Shown here in pieces: positions 14,343 through 27,631 of a stretch of DNA of 64,000 nucleotides (the stretch's first letter is position 1; each line of letters starts with the position of its first letter). This stretch comes from Phaeosaccion multiseriatum (taxonomy: Eukaryota > Protista > Ochrophyta, other classes). Made by a program: the position numbers and the translations under genes. The stretch is taken from assembly GCA_965112735.1 (NCBI GenBank), contig OZ218951.1, forward strand, positions 2,790,001 through 2,854,000, in the 5' to 3' direction. The notes below the pieces were generated by a model. It searched no databases. It was not told the origin of the DNA and was given only the letters and a program-made list of their open reading frames with translations.

Positions 14343-14558
14343 GTCTCCCTCTGTCTGTCTGTCTGTCTGTCTGTCTTTCTCTCTCTCTCTTTCTCTCTCT
14401 CTTCCCTAACCCCTCTCAATCGAAATCCTCTCTCCCTTCCTCCCTCCCCCCCCAAGGTCACACCCATCGGCGGAAACCGAGGGTGGCTGATCTTCATGGC
14501 CCAGGCAGCGATGGTACTCACGCTCGTCCCCTTCCCCTTCCATGACTATCTCATGTAG
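6643..14558 (+). CDS. Plastid-targeted EGY-like peptidase M50 (site-2 protease) family protein with a long N-terminal coiled-coil/low-complexity extension
   Basis: Signal peptide plus VQG|FTAP (ASAFAP-type) presequence. The C-terminal exons give LALQAVHDLGHY...PIPSLFGGVAGA...LFDFALAGPAAG...HPAALAGMMGLVSNALQLIPFGDSDG...EPMLCRNEVTPIGGNRGW...LVPFP, matching EGY-type M50 motifs. The exon joins I checked are phase-compatible with one gene, but a split into two genes cannot be excluded. Confidence 0.78.
9575..9875 (+). repeat. Intronic compound minisatellite (GCAAGCAA + (GT)n + T)
   Basis: More than a dozen variable-length units visible directly. Confidence 0.95.
11405..11852 (+). repeat. Intronic 23-bp minisatellite (TATCGACCTCCTCTACCCTCCAA)n
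   Basis: About 19 tandem, slightly diverged copies that end at the 3' splice site (cttcag, 11856). Confidence 0.95.
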
Positions 14559-15535
14559 AGCCCATGTCAAGCCCACGTCAAGCGTGTCGAGCATGTGGGA
14601 GGTGTATGTGTATGGGAAGCCTATTGAGGAGGCCTACGGGAGGCCTATGGGAGGCCTATGGGAGGTACATGGGCGGTACATGTCAAGCACATGTCAAGCC
14701 CATGTCAAGTCTCCTCCTCCTCAGACCTCCTTTAAGTGGAAGCTGTGCCTAGCGTACTTGCACTACTTTGGGTGATGGAGTGGGTAACTGACTGGCTGAC
14801 TGACTGACTGACTGACTGACTGACTGACTGACTGAGTGAGTGATTGCTTGGAGGCAGGGGATGCCAGGGAGGGAGGGAGGACAGAGGGCAGGGCGACTGC
14901 TTCGCTCCATAGGCGATGAGGGACAATTTCGGGTGGATGGCCAGCACTGGCAAGCACTGGCTGGATGGCGGTGTGGGTTTTTTTTTATTGAATACGTACG
15001 TTTTGATATGAATCGTTTGGAAGGCTTGGTTCAAGGATCCAAGACCTTCAGTAGACAACATTAAAAGTAAAGGGAAAGGGGGGGGGGGGGGGGGATGTGC
15101 AGAGAAGTAGAGAAGTAGAGGGGAGAGTTTTCAAGAGAAGAGAAGAGGCTGGAGAGCGAGTAGAAAGCGAAACAAAACGACGGTTAGGGCAGGTGCATTC
15201 ATCTAATAACTGTCCGTCAATCTGTCAATCTGTATGTGTGTGTGTGTGTGTGTATGGTGTGCTTTCACTTCACGTAGGGGCGTAGAGGAGGAGGAGGGGG
15301 GGGGATGGCGAGCGAGCTTATAAGCTCTAGGTAGAGAGAGGTATGTAATAGCGCCGATGCTTTTTCAAGGGAGGGTTCCATTTTACGATACTGTATCACC
15401 AACCCAGCCAGCGAGAGCGAGTACGGGATGTTTTTTTTTTAGGTTCAATTCGATTTACAATCGATAATATATTTTATATTTTAATTAATACTAATACTTC
15501 GTAGTAGAAGTCATGCAAAAGATACGTACAACAAT

Positions 15536-17458
15536 TCAAAACGATACATGGGGTACACGATGCCGTGGTGGACCGTGGCTGTGCTCTCTCCCAAACCTGA
15601 GAACAGGTGCTGCTGCGTAACCGCCTGGAGGAGGCGGAGAGGGTGGTCGGGGCCTTCCCTCCCTCCCTTGTGTTGATCCGACCATGATGGAGGAGTGGCA
15701 GCCAAAAAGCTGCTCATGGGCCTTCCCGCAGGCCTTCGAAAATGCCTCCTGCAGGCCTCCCCGTAGGCCTACCATAGGCCTATTATACCATAGGCCTACC
15801 TGAGGGGCGAGGGCGAGGCATATTTCATCTTCCAATAGTGGTCGTGGAAGCCTCCGTCTTGCATCCGCCCGACCTCCTCCGCCGCCTCCTCCTCCTCCTG
15901 CTGCCATCTGTGGCCCATCTGCTTCTGCTGTATCACCAACTGTTGCTGCTGCCTCAGGTAGGTGGTGACCGACCCAGAGGAGCTCCCCCCCCCCGTGCCT
16001 CGCCCTCCTCCTCCTCCTCCTCCTCCTCTGCTCGGCGTCGAGGGGTAGCTGTGAATGGTCACGGACGGAATCATCAACGCTGCCGCTGCTGCTGCTGCAC
16101 TCACACTACCACCGACACCAGCACCATTAGGTGTAGAAGGGGTCGAGAAGGAGGAGGATGGAGAGGAGGAGGAGGAGGAGGAGGAGGAGGAGGGAGCTGC
16201 CAAGGAAACCACCGCTGCCGCCGCTGCCGCAGAGAGACCTACCGAGGAGCCCGTCATGCCCTTCGCCTTGCGTCCGCCACTACTACTCGCGTTGGTAGTC
16301 TGCTGCTGCTGCACTCGACTTATCATCGTCGCCAACAGGGCATCCGCGTAGGCACTCGGATCTTCCCTTTCGCTCGTTGCGGCACCCCCCTCCCCGCCTG
16401 TGGTGAGCCCCCCTGAGGTGAGAGGCAGGGAGGACAATCCTCTTCCTCCTCTTCCTCCTCCTGTATCACCAACTCCATCCAGGCGAGTGGCGAAGGTGGA
16501 GGCATATGGGGAGGCCAAAAGCTTGCCGTGCGCGTGGACGATGAGCTGCGCGGGGGTGAGCCCCCCCGGGCTGCGGAGAATCCCAAGGGGTTCACCTTCA
16601 TCGCTAGTAACAGGGCCGTTAGCGTCAGCTCCTCCTCCTCCTCCTCCACGGATGCCTGGGAGAGAATCGAGAGAGAGCAGGGGGTGGGAAGAGAGAGGAG
16701 GAAAGGAGCGAGAGAGAGATTGGGAGAAAGAGAGAGAGAGAGAGAGAGGGGGGGGTTAAAAGAGAGAGGAAGAGGAAATAGGTTGGAAGCACAAGAACAT
16801 GTGTATATACATATGTGTGGGACCTCCCGTAACACAGAGCAGCTCCCCACCCCAAACCGCCCCACCCATACACCTCCACCCACCTGACATGGCGAGGAGG
16901 CGGTCGAGCTGCAGGTCTTCCACCGCGGTATCAGGAGTGTCCGAATCGTGATGGTCAGGGGTGTCAGGACGGTGATGGTCCGGGTCGTCGAACCGCTCGC
17001 CACCGCTCCTGCTTCGAGACACACACACACACAATTAGGTAATTTGTAGGTTGATTTTAAGTTAATTAAAACGTGTTTCGCAGCACACAGCACAGAAGAC
17101 AACAGACCAGAGAGAGAGGGGGAGGGACGGAAGGAGGGAGGCGCAGGAAGGGGCGCGCCAAGAATGCCAGCCAATGCCATCCAAAGCAACTCACCCCACT
17201 GCTGTCGGAGTATGAACCCCCCCCCCTCTTCCTCCTCCTCCTCCTCCTCCTCCTCCTCCTCCTCCTCCTTTTCCGTCTTCCTCCAAGTGAGCGGTGGTGC
17301 TCAGCAGCTGCTGCGTCTGTGCGTGAAGTACGCCAATGTGGGTCTGCAAGGTATCGAGAGCCAACACTTGCTGCGCTTCGTCCCACGCCGGTGCCATTCC
17401 TGCCATCAAAGGCTGCTGCTGGTGCTGCTGTTGGTATTGGTAGAAGGGCTGCTGCTGG

Positions 17459-17493
<35 letters not shown>

Positions 17494-18504
17494 GTGCTGT
17501 TGTTGCTGCGGTGTGTAGTACGGAGTTTGCGGGGGAAGGTACTGAGGGTGCGTGGGAGAGAGAGAAGGAACGGTGGAAGGGAGGGAGGGAGGGGGGGAGG
17601 GGGGGAGGGAGGGACGGAGGGAGGGAGGGGGGGAGGGAGGGAGGGAGGGAGGGAGGGAGGGAGGGAGGGAGGGAGGGAGGGAGGGAGGGAGGGAGGGAGG
17701 GAGGGAGGGAGGGAGGGAGGGAGGGAGGGAGGGAGGGAGGGAGGGAGGGAGGGAGGGAGGGAGGGAGGGAGGGAGGGAGGGAGGGAGGGAGGGAGGGAGG
17801 GAGGGAGGGAGGGAGGGAGGGAGGGAGGGAGGGAGGGAGGGAGGGAGGGAGGGAGGGAGGGAGGGAGGGAGGGAGGGAGGGAGGGAGGGAGGGAGGGAGG
17901 GAGGGAGGGAGGGAGGGAGGGAGGGAGGGAGGGAGGGAGGGAGGGACGGAGGGAGGGACGGAGGAAGGACGAGAGAGCAGAGAAGGACATGAACAGATAT
18001 CAGATGTCAGCACTTCGCACACACACACACACACCCATCCATCCATAAACAAGTTTCAGCTTCAGTCCAAGCAAAGGCTGAGCATGGGGTATCGTGGGTA
18101 AGGTAAAGAAATAAAGAATGACAAAGAAATAATCACAAATGTCACATACGTGGCCTTGGGGGGGCGTCGGTAGTGGTATGGATGGTGCTGGACCACCAAC
18201 TGCTCCTGCAACTCCTGCTGCCGCTCCTTCCTCCCTCGTTCGAGTCAACTCCTCCCTCAGGGCCTGATTCTCCACTGTAAGCCTCTCGGAAATGGACTGG
18301 AGGGAAGGGGAGGGGGGAAGGAGGAAGGAAGAGATGAGACTCCGCACACACACCACACTGTCGACAACACATAAAGAGAAAATGAGAGCGAGTGGGCGGC
18401 AGGACAGGCAGAGGCATATGGGGTAGGCAGGCAGACAGACAGGCAGGCAGGCAGGCGGACAGGCAGACAGGCAGGCAGACAGACAGACAGGCAGGCAGGC
18501 AGGC

Positions 18505-18593
<89 letters not shown>

Positions 18594-18696
18594 GGTAGGG
18601 TAGGGCAGGCATATGGGCAGGTCAGGCAGACAGGCAGGGAGGGAGGTATATGGGGAGGCCGGCAGCAGCAGCACGTCGCATACATGACTTCAAATT

Positions 18697-18747
<51 letters not shown>

Positions 18748-21700
18748 GCTTCGGCATCGGCTCTGGGCTCGGTTCTCCCTCCCTCTGTATCACCAACCCT
18801 TGTACCTTGAGCGTGGCTTCTTGTGCCCTCCCCACGCTCATCTCCACCTCCTTGTTTCCCTGCACACTCTCGGCCTTCACGAGTGCCGCTCGAAGCTCAG
18901 AAACCTACAGGAGAAGGGAGGGAGGGAGGGAGGAAGGGAGGGAGGGAGGAAGGGATGCATATTCCTCGAATAAAAGAGTGAAACAACAAAACACAAAAGC
19001 CCTCCCTCCCTCTCCTCGCCTCCCCTCTCCGCGACCGAGCGAAGCGAGTTGCACACCGATGCAAAAAGAAAGGAATAAATGAAGGAAGGAGGGAAGGAAG
19101 GAAGGAATACATGAAGGAAAGAAGGAAGGCAGGTAGGCAGAAAGGAAGGAAGGAAGGAAGGAAGGAAGGAAGGAAGGAAGGAAGGAAACAAAGAAAAAAG
19201 AAAAAGAACGGACCTGCTCGTGCATCATTTCTGTCTTGAGATCGGCTTCCCGCTTACATGCAGAGAGCTCTGCCGCCATCTTCTCCTTCCACATCTACAC
19301 ATAGGATATGACACAGACACACGCACACACGCGCGCACATAAAGGAAGAGGGAGGGAAGGGGGAAGGGGGAAGAGAGGAGAGAATGAGAGGGGAGAGGGA
19401 AGGAGAGAGAGAGGAGGGAAAGAGAGGGGAGAGGGAGGGAGAGAAGAGAGGAGAAGTTAGCATGCATTGCAAGCAGCAAGCTAAGCCAAGCTACCAAGCC
19501 ACACACCTACCCACCCACCCACTCCCACCTACCACACCCACACAGCCACACACCCACTCCCACGAAGTCCCACCCACCACACACCAACCCACCCACCCAC
19601 AGCCACACAGCCACGCACCCACCCACACCTACACACCCACACACACACACCCACACACACACCCGCACCCACCCACACACACACACACCCACAGCCACCC
19701 ACCCACCCACCCACCCACACCTACACACAAACCGACATCCACACAGCCACCCACACACCCACCCACCCACCCACACCCACACAGCCACCCACACACACAC
19801 CCACACACACACCCACACACCCACACACACACCCACACACCCACACACCCACACACCCACACACCCACACACATACCGACACACCCACCCACCCACCCAC
19901 CCACCCACCTGGTCCGCTTTCCGGGCCGCCGCCTCTGCCAAGCGGGGCATATTGAGCGCAATGTCTGCCTCGAGTCGTCGTTTGTCTGCCTCGAGCTCTC
20001 CTTGGGCGCCCCTTGCCTCACGCAGACGCTCCTCCAGCGCCGCACACTCTCTGTTTGTGTGGGGGTTGTGGAGGGGGTTGTGAATGTGGTGTGGTATGTG
20101 AGGGGGTGGGACGCCATCATTTGTGTGTTTAGGGGGGGGGGGGGGTGAGGAGGAGGAGGAGGAGGAGGAGGAGGAGGAGGGTCCGCTGAAGTTGGTCTGA
20201 CCGACAGACAGACTGACTCTGACTGACTGCCGTCGTTCCTTCCTTTCTTTCCCCCTTCCTTCCTTTCTTTCTCACTTCTTGTGCGGGAGAGTGGCCTGCT
20301 CCGCTGCCCCTTGCAGCGCTCTGTTTTGCTCTCTGAGGTCGTCCGCTTCCGTCTTGGCTCCGTCCAGAGCCTCCTCCAGTCTGTGGGCATTGGTTTGCAT
20401 ACACACACGGGGGGGAGGAGGAGGGTTGGGGGGGGGAGGGGGAAGAGTGTTAGGCGCGCACACACACGCACACGCACACGCACACACACGCACACGCACA
20501 CGCACGCGCGCACGCACACTTACGAGGAGCACGAGGAGAGAGAGAGAGTCGAAAAAACAGAAGGTGCACTCTACCATGCCCCCTCCTACATATTCTACAC
20601 AGTGATGTGACAATATGACGTGTCATCTCTGTCTATCCGATCCGATCCTATCCTATCCTACCCTACCCTTCCCTACACTACCCTCGCCTAATCTACCCTA
20701 TCCTACCCTACCCTACCCTACCCTACCCTACCCTACCCTACTCTTCCCTAGCCTTCCTTACCTGTGAGCCCTGTCCGCCTCTTTCTGCCTCCACATGTCC
20801 GCACTAGCCGCCCTTTCCACTTCTCTCTTCTTCTCGTACTCCGCTGTGTCTCTGCTTCGCTCCATCTCACGTAGCTGAGAGCTGTTCACCTCCTCAAGTG
20901 CAATCAGCTCACGCTGCGAGGAGGAGGAGGAGAGGAGGGAGGAGGGGTGAGGGGGAGGAGGAGGAGGAGGGGGAGGGGGAGGAGGAGGAGGAGGAGGAGG
21001 AGGAGGAGGAGGAGGAGGAGGAGGAGGAGGAGGAGGAGGAGGAGGAGGAGGGGGAGGGGGGGGAGGAAGAGGACAGAGGCATTGGCAGCGTCAGACTCAC
21101 CATGGTCACTCAAGCACCTCATTCCATTGACTGCCATCTCCGACCACACCACTTCACCCCTGCTTTGCTTTCCTCGCCCCCCCCCCCCAGCCTATACACT
21201 GACCATGCGCTGCCGTCCCCTCCCCCCCTCCCTCCCTCCCTCCCTCCCTCCCTCCCTCCCTCTCTCCCTCCCTCCCTCCCTCCCTCCCTCCCTCCCTCCC
21301 TCCCTCCCTCCCTCCCTCCCTCCCTCCCTCCCTCCCTCCCTCTCTCTCTCCCTCCCTCCCTCCCTCCCTCTCCCTCCATAGCTTGAGCTCGTCATTGGCC
21401 CAAGCGACTCCCCCTGCCGCCTCCCACTCCTTTCCTCTTCCACCCACCCCATCTCCCACCCCTCACCCCTCCCATCCACTGCCATCCACTGCCATCTCCC
21501 ACCCCTCACCCCCTCCCTCACTCCCTCCCCCACTCCCTCCCCTACCTTAAGCGCTTCATTGGCCCCTGTGAGCTCTGCCTGCCTCCTCCTGCCCTCTTGT
21601 TCCAACGCCTCCTTTGCACTGACGGCCGCTTTGAGCTCGTCCGAGAGACTCTTGGTCTTGCCGTCGGAGAAAGTATGGGCGGATCGAAGGCGGTCAATTG

Positions 21701-23683
21701 CGGCCTGAAGCTCCGAGGTGTGCATCTCGTTCGTCAAGGCCTCGGCTCGAAGCTGCGTTGGAGGGGTGTGTGTGTGTGTGTTTGGTGCGTGTTGTTGATT
21801 GACATACAGGGAGAGGGGGGAGAGAAGAGAGGGGAGGGAGGAGGGGGAATGGTAAGACAAGAGATGGAGAGAGAGAGAGAAACAGAGAGCGGGAAACCAG
21901 AGAGAGGGCCGGGGAGAGGGGAGGGTAAGGAAGAGAGCTGTGAACCCCCTCACCCCACCCCACCCACCTTAGCGAGAGCATCCCCCATGTCTGCCATCTG
22001 CTTAGTGGCGAGGGCCAGCGCGGCATCGCTCGCAACCCTCGCGGCCTTTGCTGAGCGGCTCTCCTCCAGGGCCTCGTCCTCGCTCTGCAGAGCCCTCTGT
22101 GAGGCACGCACGCACGCACGCACGCACGCACACATAGACGCACACACGCACACGCACGCACACACGCGCACACATACAGAGAGGGAAAGAGAGAGGGAGG
22201 AAGAGAGGAAGCGAGGGAGGGGGCGAGAGGGAGGGCAGAGGGGAGAAGGAGGGGAGATGGGAGATAAGAGAAGAGGAGGGGAGATGGGAGAGAAGAGAAG
22301 AGGAGGGGAGATGGGAGATAAGAGAAGAGGAGGGGAGATGGGAGAGAAGAGAAGAGGAGGGGAGATGGGAGAGAAGAGAACAGGAGGGGAGATGGGAGAG
22401 AAGAGAAGAGGAGGGGAGATGGGAGAGAAGAGAAGAGGAGGGGAGATGGGAGAGAAGAGAACAGGAGGGGAGATGGGAGAGAAGAGAACAGGAGGGGGAT
22501 GGGATTCAGGCATGCTGCACACGAGAGGAGAGCGATAGATGGCGCTCCATCATTCCACACCCCCAGTTCACACGCACGCACAGATACACAAAAACACACA
22601 CACACGAGCACGAACACACGCACACATACACCACATACACATGTGGAACTGTCGTCACACACCCGCTGACATAATATCGCAGTCCGTCCTGACAAACCCT
22701 GACACCTGACTTTCCCCCGTTGACCTTCTCTCCTGCTCCCTCTCCCTCTTCTTCTCTTTCGCTCTCTCTCTCCCTCTCTCTCCTTCTTTCCAATTCTCCC
22801 ACTCTCTCCTTCTCTCTGGCTCTTTCTTTCCTTCTCTCTAGCTCTCTTCCTTTCTCTCTCCCCTTCCCCTCACCCACCTGCTTCTCTCTGGTTAGCTCCG
22901 CCAGCTTGGGCCTCACCCCCCCCAATTCCTTGTGCAACTCCGTCACCTCCGCCACCCGGGCCTGCGCTGTTCGCTCCACATCCGCGCACTTCTGCTGCCA
23001 TCCGTTCAGTTGAGCGCGCACAAGGCACAGCTCCTCCGTCAGGGCAGAAGACACAGCAGTTGGTGGTAGACCCACAGCTGCCGAAGCGGCCCCTCCTTCC
23101 ACCATCGCCTTGCTCTCCCCCCCCCCCTCCCCCTCCTTCAGTAGCCTCGCCTTCAGAGCACCAACTTCCCTCTCCAACTCTTCTACACGGTCGGCCTTCT
23201 CACGCCCCTCTGCTTCCGCTTGGGCCACTCTGGAGGCCCACTCTGCCTCCGCCTCCGCCTTGGCGACAAGTTGTAACTTCACCCCCGCCTCCTCCCTCTC
23301 TCTCTCCCTCTCGGCTTCTCGCGCTTCTCTCGCTTCTCTGTCCTCCTCTTCTCTCCGCTGCCTCTCCTGCTCCACTTGTTGTTGTTGTTGCACAAGCGCC
23401 TGAGCTAAAGCCTCGGCCTTTGCCTTGTCTGCCTTGCGTCCGTCCTGCTCTGCCTTGAGTTGTACCTTTAGTTGTCTCTCTCTATCCATCACTGTCTCAC
23501 TCTCCCCTCTTCCTTCCCCTCTTCCTCCTCCTCTTCCTCCTCCTCCTCGTCGACCAGCCGCTGCCCCTGACAATGCCGAAGACTTTGATCCTTCGTGCCG
23601 TATCTCGGGGCTGCGCCATCCATCGTCACTGTCCCCGCCCCCGCCACCTCCACTCCCACCAGCACCAGCACCAGCACCAGCAC

Positions 23684-23721
<38 letters not shown>

Positions 23722-23983
23722 CCATCACCATCATCATCATCATCATCATTGTCTTCTCGGTCTTTGTGCTTGCCCGTTAGATTGCCCTTTGTCATACGCT
23801 TGGTCGCTACTTGTTGTCGTGGCCTCTGCTGTTCCTCTTCCCTCGGTGTAGGTTCATCCCAGTCGTCCTCATCCTCCCCCTCCCCCACCTCTTCCTGCTT
23901 GCCCTTCCCATCCTCCTTCTGCTGGAGTTTCACTCGACCATCACCACGAGAGCGTTCCTCATCACCACTGCTATCATAATCAT

Positions 23984-24015
<32 letters not shown>

Positions 24016-24171
24016 CCCCCCCTACGACCTTCACTTCGACCACCGCGATCACGATGCCCCACCCTCCTCAAGATCTGAGGGTCCACGCTATCCTGCTCAC
24101 GCTCATGATGAGGCTCGTCCAGATCAAAGTCGTCATCATCATCATCGTCATCATCATCATCATCATCATCG

Positions 24172-24218
<47 letters not shown>

Positions 24219-25310
24219 TCTGTCGAATGAGCTCAACTTCACCCTCCTCTCCCCCTCCTCGTCCTCCTCATCCCCCTCTACTGGTCTGCTTCTCGTAGAA
24301 GCTGCTGCCCCCGTCGCTTCTCCTTCTCCCGAAGCTGACCTACTCTTCTTCTTCTTCTTCTTCTTCTTCTTCTTCTTCTTCTTCTTCTCGTTCTTCTTGT
24401 GCTGACTGTGCCCCTTGCTTGAGCCGGAGCCTGAGCCTGAGCCGCCAAATGCCTTTCTACCGTCATGTAACCGACTCGGTGTGCTCTTGTCGTTCCCAAT
24501 AACGATGACATCATCACTCTGACCACCGTCATCATCCTCTTCGCTGTCGAAGTCGCTGTCCCCGTCGTCAGCACTAGCAGCATCCTCATCGCGGCGGCTT
24601 TGGCTGCGACTGACTCCGCCCCTGGAGACAATTATCCCCCCCCTGTCCCTGTCCGGGCTGCTGCTGCTGCTCCTGCTGCCTACCTCTTCTCGCCTTTTCG
24701 CACCATTCTTCTCTCTTCCTCCGGTTGCGGCTCCACTGTCTTCATTGACTTCTTGTCCTTCTTCCCCTTCTTCGTCAAAGTCTTCCACATCGAAATCCTG
24801 GAGAGGGAGAGAGGACAGAGAAATAGACAAGAGGGACCCATCGTGCAGGGGAGAAGGATGGAGGCTTTAGCCCAAGCACACTACACAAGATTCATCTTCC
24901 TTCCCCTCCCCGCCCAGAGCTACAGCTACACTTGGAGAGTCCCTCCCTCCTCCTTCCCTCCCGTTAATCCCTTCTCCTCCCTCTCCTCCTCCCTCTCCCC
25001 CCTCCGTCTCGCCCTCCCCCCGTCCATCTTTCCCTCTCTTCCTCCGGCCTCCCCTCCCTCACTCACCCCTCTTCCTTCCTCCCTCTCTCCCCTCCCTCCC
25101 TCCCTCCCTCCCTCCCTCCCTTCCTCCGTCCTTCCCTCACTCACCCCCACGGCGTCCCAAACAGCCTCTCCTCCATGCAACCCCCCCTCCAGCCCCTCCA
25201 CGCCCTCCAACCCCTCTTTGTTGCCCCCCTCTTTGCCGTCTCCAGTGATTTGGACCTCTTCCTGTCGGTCCATCGCCCCTTCTCCCCTCTTGTTCCCACG
25301 AGAAGAAAAG

Positions 25311-25342
<32 letters not shown>

Positions 25343-27507
25343 CCCCCCATCCCTGTCCCCGCCCCCTCGTCCACGACGTCTCCGCCGCTCTTCCGTTGCC
25401 CTTCTAGAGTTCTCTCCACGGCCACCACCATCGCCACCACCACTACCACCTCCACCTCCACCTCCCCCTCCTCCTCCCCCACCTTCGTCGCTGTGACTCC
25501 CCTCACTGTCTTCAAAACTGTCGTCCTCATCGGCCGTATAGAGGCCCTTCTCTGCACCACCTTTGCCGCTTCTCTTCTTCTTCCCTCCCCTCCCTCCTCC
25601 TCCTCCTCCTCGTCCTCCTCCTCCTCCTCCTCCTCCTCCTCTAGCACCGCTTGGCGTGGCGCTTCTGCTCGCATCGATGGCGCCTCCCATTCTCGACCTT
25701 CTTCTCGTGGGTTGAGGGCTTCTGCTCCCGCTCTGGGGGGCATCTCCTCCTCTGTGATGAGAAGGGCCTTGCTTTGACAGCACCTGCTGCCCGTGCCCCC
25801 GCTCCCGTCCTCGCTCCTCCTCAGTCCCGTCGGAAGCATCGAAAGGATCCGAGTCCGACGAATCATGATGATCGGCATCGTTGTTGACCCCTTCTTTCTC
25901 CTTTCCCTCTTTCCCTTTCCCTTTCCCTTTACCTCCCTGCCTGGGGTCCTCTTCCCGAGGAGGGGGGGAAGGGTCAGGAGAGACTAATCCAGAGGCCCCT
26001 CTCTTCCCCCCCCCCCTGCCCTCTGCTCTATCACCAACTTCCTCGCTGTCGTAGTCATCATTGTCGTCGTCAGTGTCTCCGTACTCGTAACCGCTGCCAC
26101 TCTCACTGGCACTCGCACTGGCACTGGCACTCACACTGGCCTCGTGGATTATCTCTTGCCTTGGGCGTTGTCTCCGCCCGCGCTCTCCTCCTCCTCCTTC
26201 TCCTCCTCCCAACTCCTCTTCCTCCGTATCGGACCGTGAGGCCTTTGCACTGCCTACAAGAGAAGACCGTGCTCGCTTCCCACCCTAATCGGCGGTAGGT
26301 GGTTCGGGGAGGAGAAGAGAAAGCAGAGCAAAGCAGAGCAGAGCAAAGCAAAGCAAAGCCCAAGAGAAGGAAAAGAGGCAGTGGAGAGGTGCCCAAGCGT
26401 GAGGAAGGCGGGGGGGGGGGGGGGGTAGAACTGTCAGCTTCAGTTACAGTTAATAAACCCTCGGACAGGACTTGGCACGCAGAACGAACACGGCCCCTCT
26501 CTCCCTCCCTCGCTCCCCCCCATCCTCGCCCCCCAGCCCTCCTGCGCGGGCTCAGTAGCTCACGCGCATCCCCTCTCTCCCTCCCTCAATCATCGCTCAC
26601 CTTGCCTTCCTCCTTCATCTGCTGGAATCGATCCCTGTACACTTTGTCCAGGGGGTGATACCAGGAGCTCTCCTCAGTCGCTTCGTTGTAATAGTACACT
26701 AGCCCTGCCTGCTCACCCTCTCCATCCACGCCCACCCACCCGGGGGGGACTTGTGCGTTGAGGGCCTGGAGGGAGGATGGAGGGAGGGTGGGTGGGAGGG
26801 AGGGAGGGAGGGAGGGAGGGAGGGAGGGAGGGAGGGAGGGAGGGAGGGAGGGAGGGAGGGAGGGAGGGAGGGAGGGAGGGAGGGAGGAGGGTGAAAGTAG
26901 GAAGGAGTGGGTCAGCATTTTGAGGCTATGCGCTTCGATAGGGCATGAGATGTTGGGATGAAAGACAAGCAGATTGTGCAGTAGAAAAAGGAGCAGAGCC
27001 TTTGCAGAGAACAAGATGTAGAAAATGATTTCGGCCCAGAAGAGAGGACAGGGGGGCTGGTGCCTCCAATTCAAAGCGGGTGAAGGCGTCACAATACACA
27101 TCAACGCCCTTATTTTAGGTGCTGCTGATCTTTGCCGGAGTGCATGCAGTAAAGAAAAGCAAACGGAAAGACGAAACTCTGAGATTTGACTTGTGAGGTG
27201 AGATTTGGAAGTGGGAAGCAGATCCTAGCAGGGGCTCCCGTCGTGCGTCGACCAATTGACCACCACAATACCACCACTGCCAAGTATCCTAGCCTAGCCT
27301 CACCTCCTCCGCGAGCCACAAGTAGTCGGCGTCCTCCTCAACGTCCATACCCAGGAAGGCAGCGTGACGAAGCACAGCATCTCGGTAGTCGGCTCCTTCT
27401 TCCCCTCCTTCTCCTCCTTCCCCTGCTGCTGCTGGGGGACTTGAAGAGTTTCCCTCCCCTTCCTCCTCCTCTTCCTCACTCCCATACTCTCTCCCTCGGC
27501 GGGACAT
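15536..27507 (-). CDS. Large WW-domain / coiled-coil protein with CEP164-like N-terminus
   Basis: Exons 1-2 give AVLRHAAFLGMDVEEDADYLWLAEE|ALNAQVPPGWV...VYYYNEATEESSWYHPLDKVYRDRF, resembling the CEP164 N-terminal helical+WW module (GIDP..E..LMWLA.EG..APLP..W...YYFN...G.S.WDHP.D..YR). Acidic low-complexity exons and many coiled-coil exons follow; the last exon ends FGREHSHGPPRHRVPHVSF*. Internal exon boundaries are approximate. Confidence 0.7.
17577..17960 (+). repeat. Long (GGGA)n microsatellite, intronic
   Basis: About 380 bp of nearly pure GGGA; it reads as a polypyrimidine tract on the coding (-) strand. Confidence 0.97.
22250..22497 (+). repeat. Intronic 27-bp purine-rich minisatellite (GGGGAGATGGGAGAGAAGAGAAGAGGA)n
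   Basis: About 9 tandem copies. Confidence 0.93.
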
Positions 27508-27631
27508 GGTCAAGTTCTTGCTGTGGAGGGGGAGGGGGCAGTTGACCGTCATCCACTGCCATCCACATCTGTCGGTTAAGATCTTCCAAAATGATACAAA
27601 AAGGGGCGGTAATAGGTCCTTTGCTTTGCCC

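Noticed and set aside
17066-18101. Long ORFs (PPSL)n / (GGRE)n and similar poly-R, poly-L, poly-C, HT and CV ORFs throughout the track
   Set aside because: Stop-free translations of microsatellites, or antisense shadows of real exons.
20640-20760. Interstitial telomere
   Set aside because: The unit is (CCTAC)n within an intron, not a TTAGGG/TTTAGGG-type repeat.
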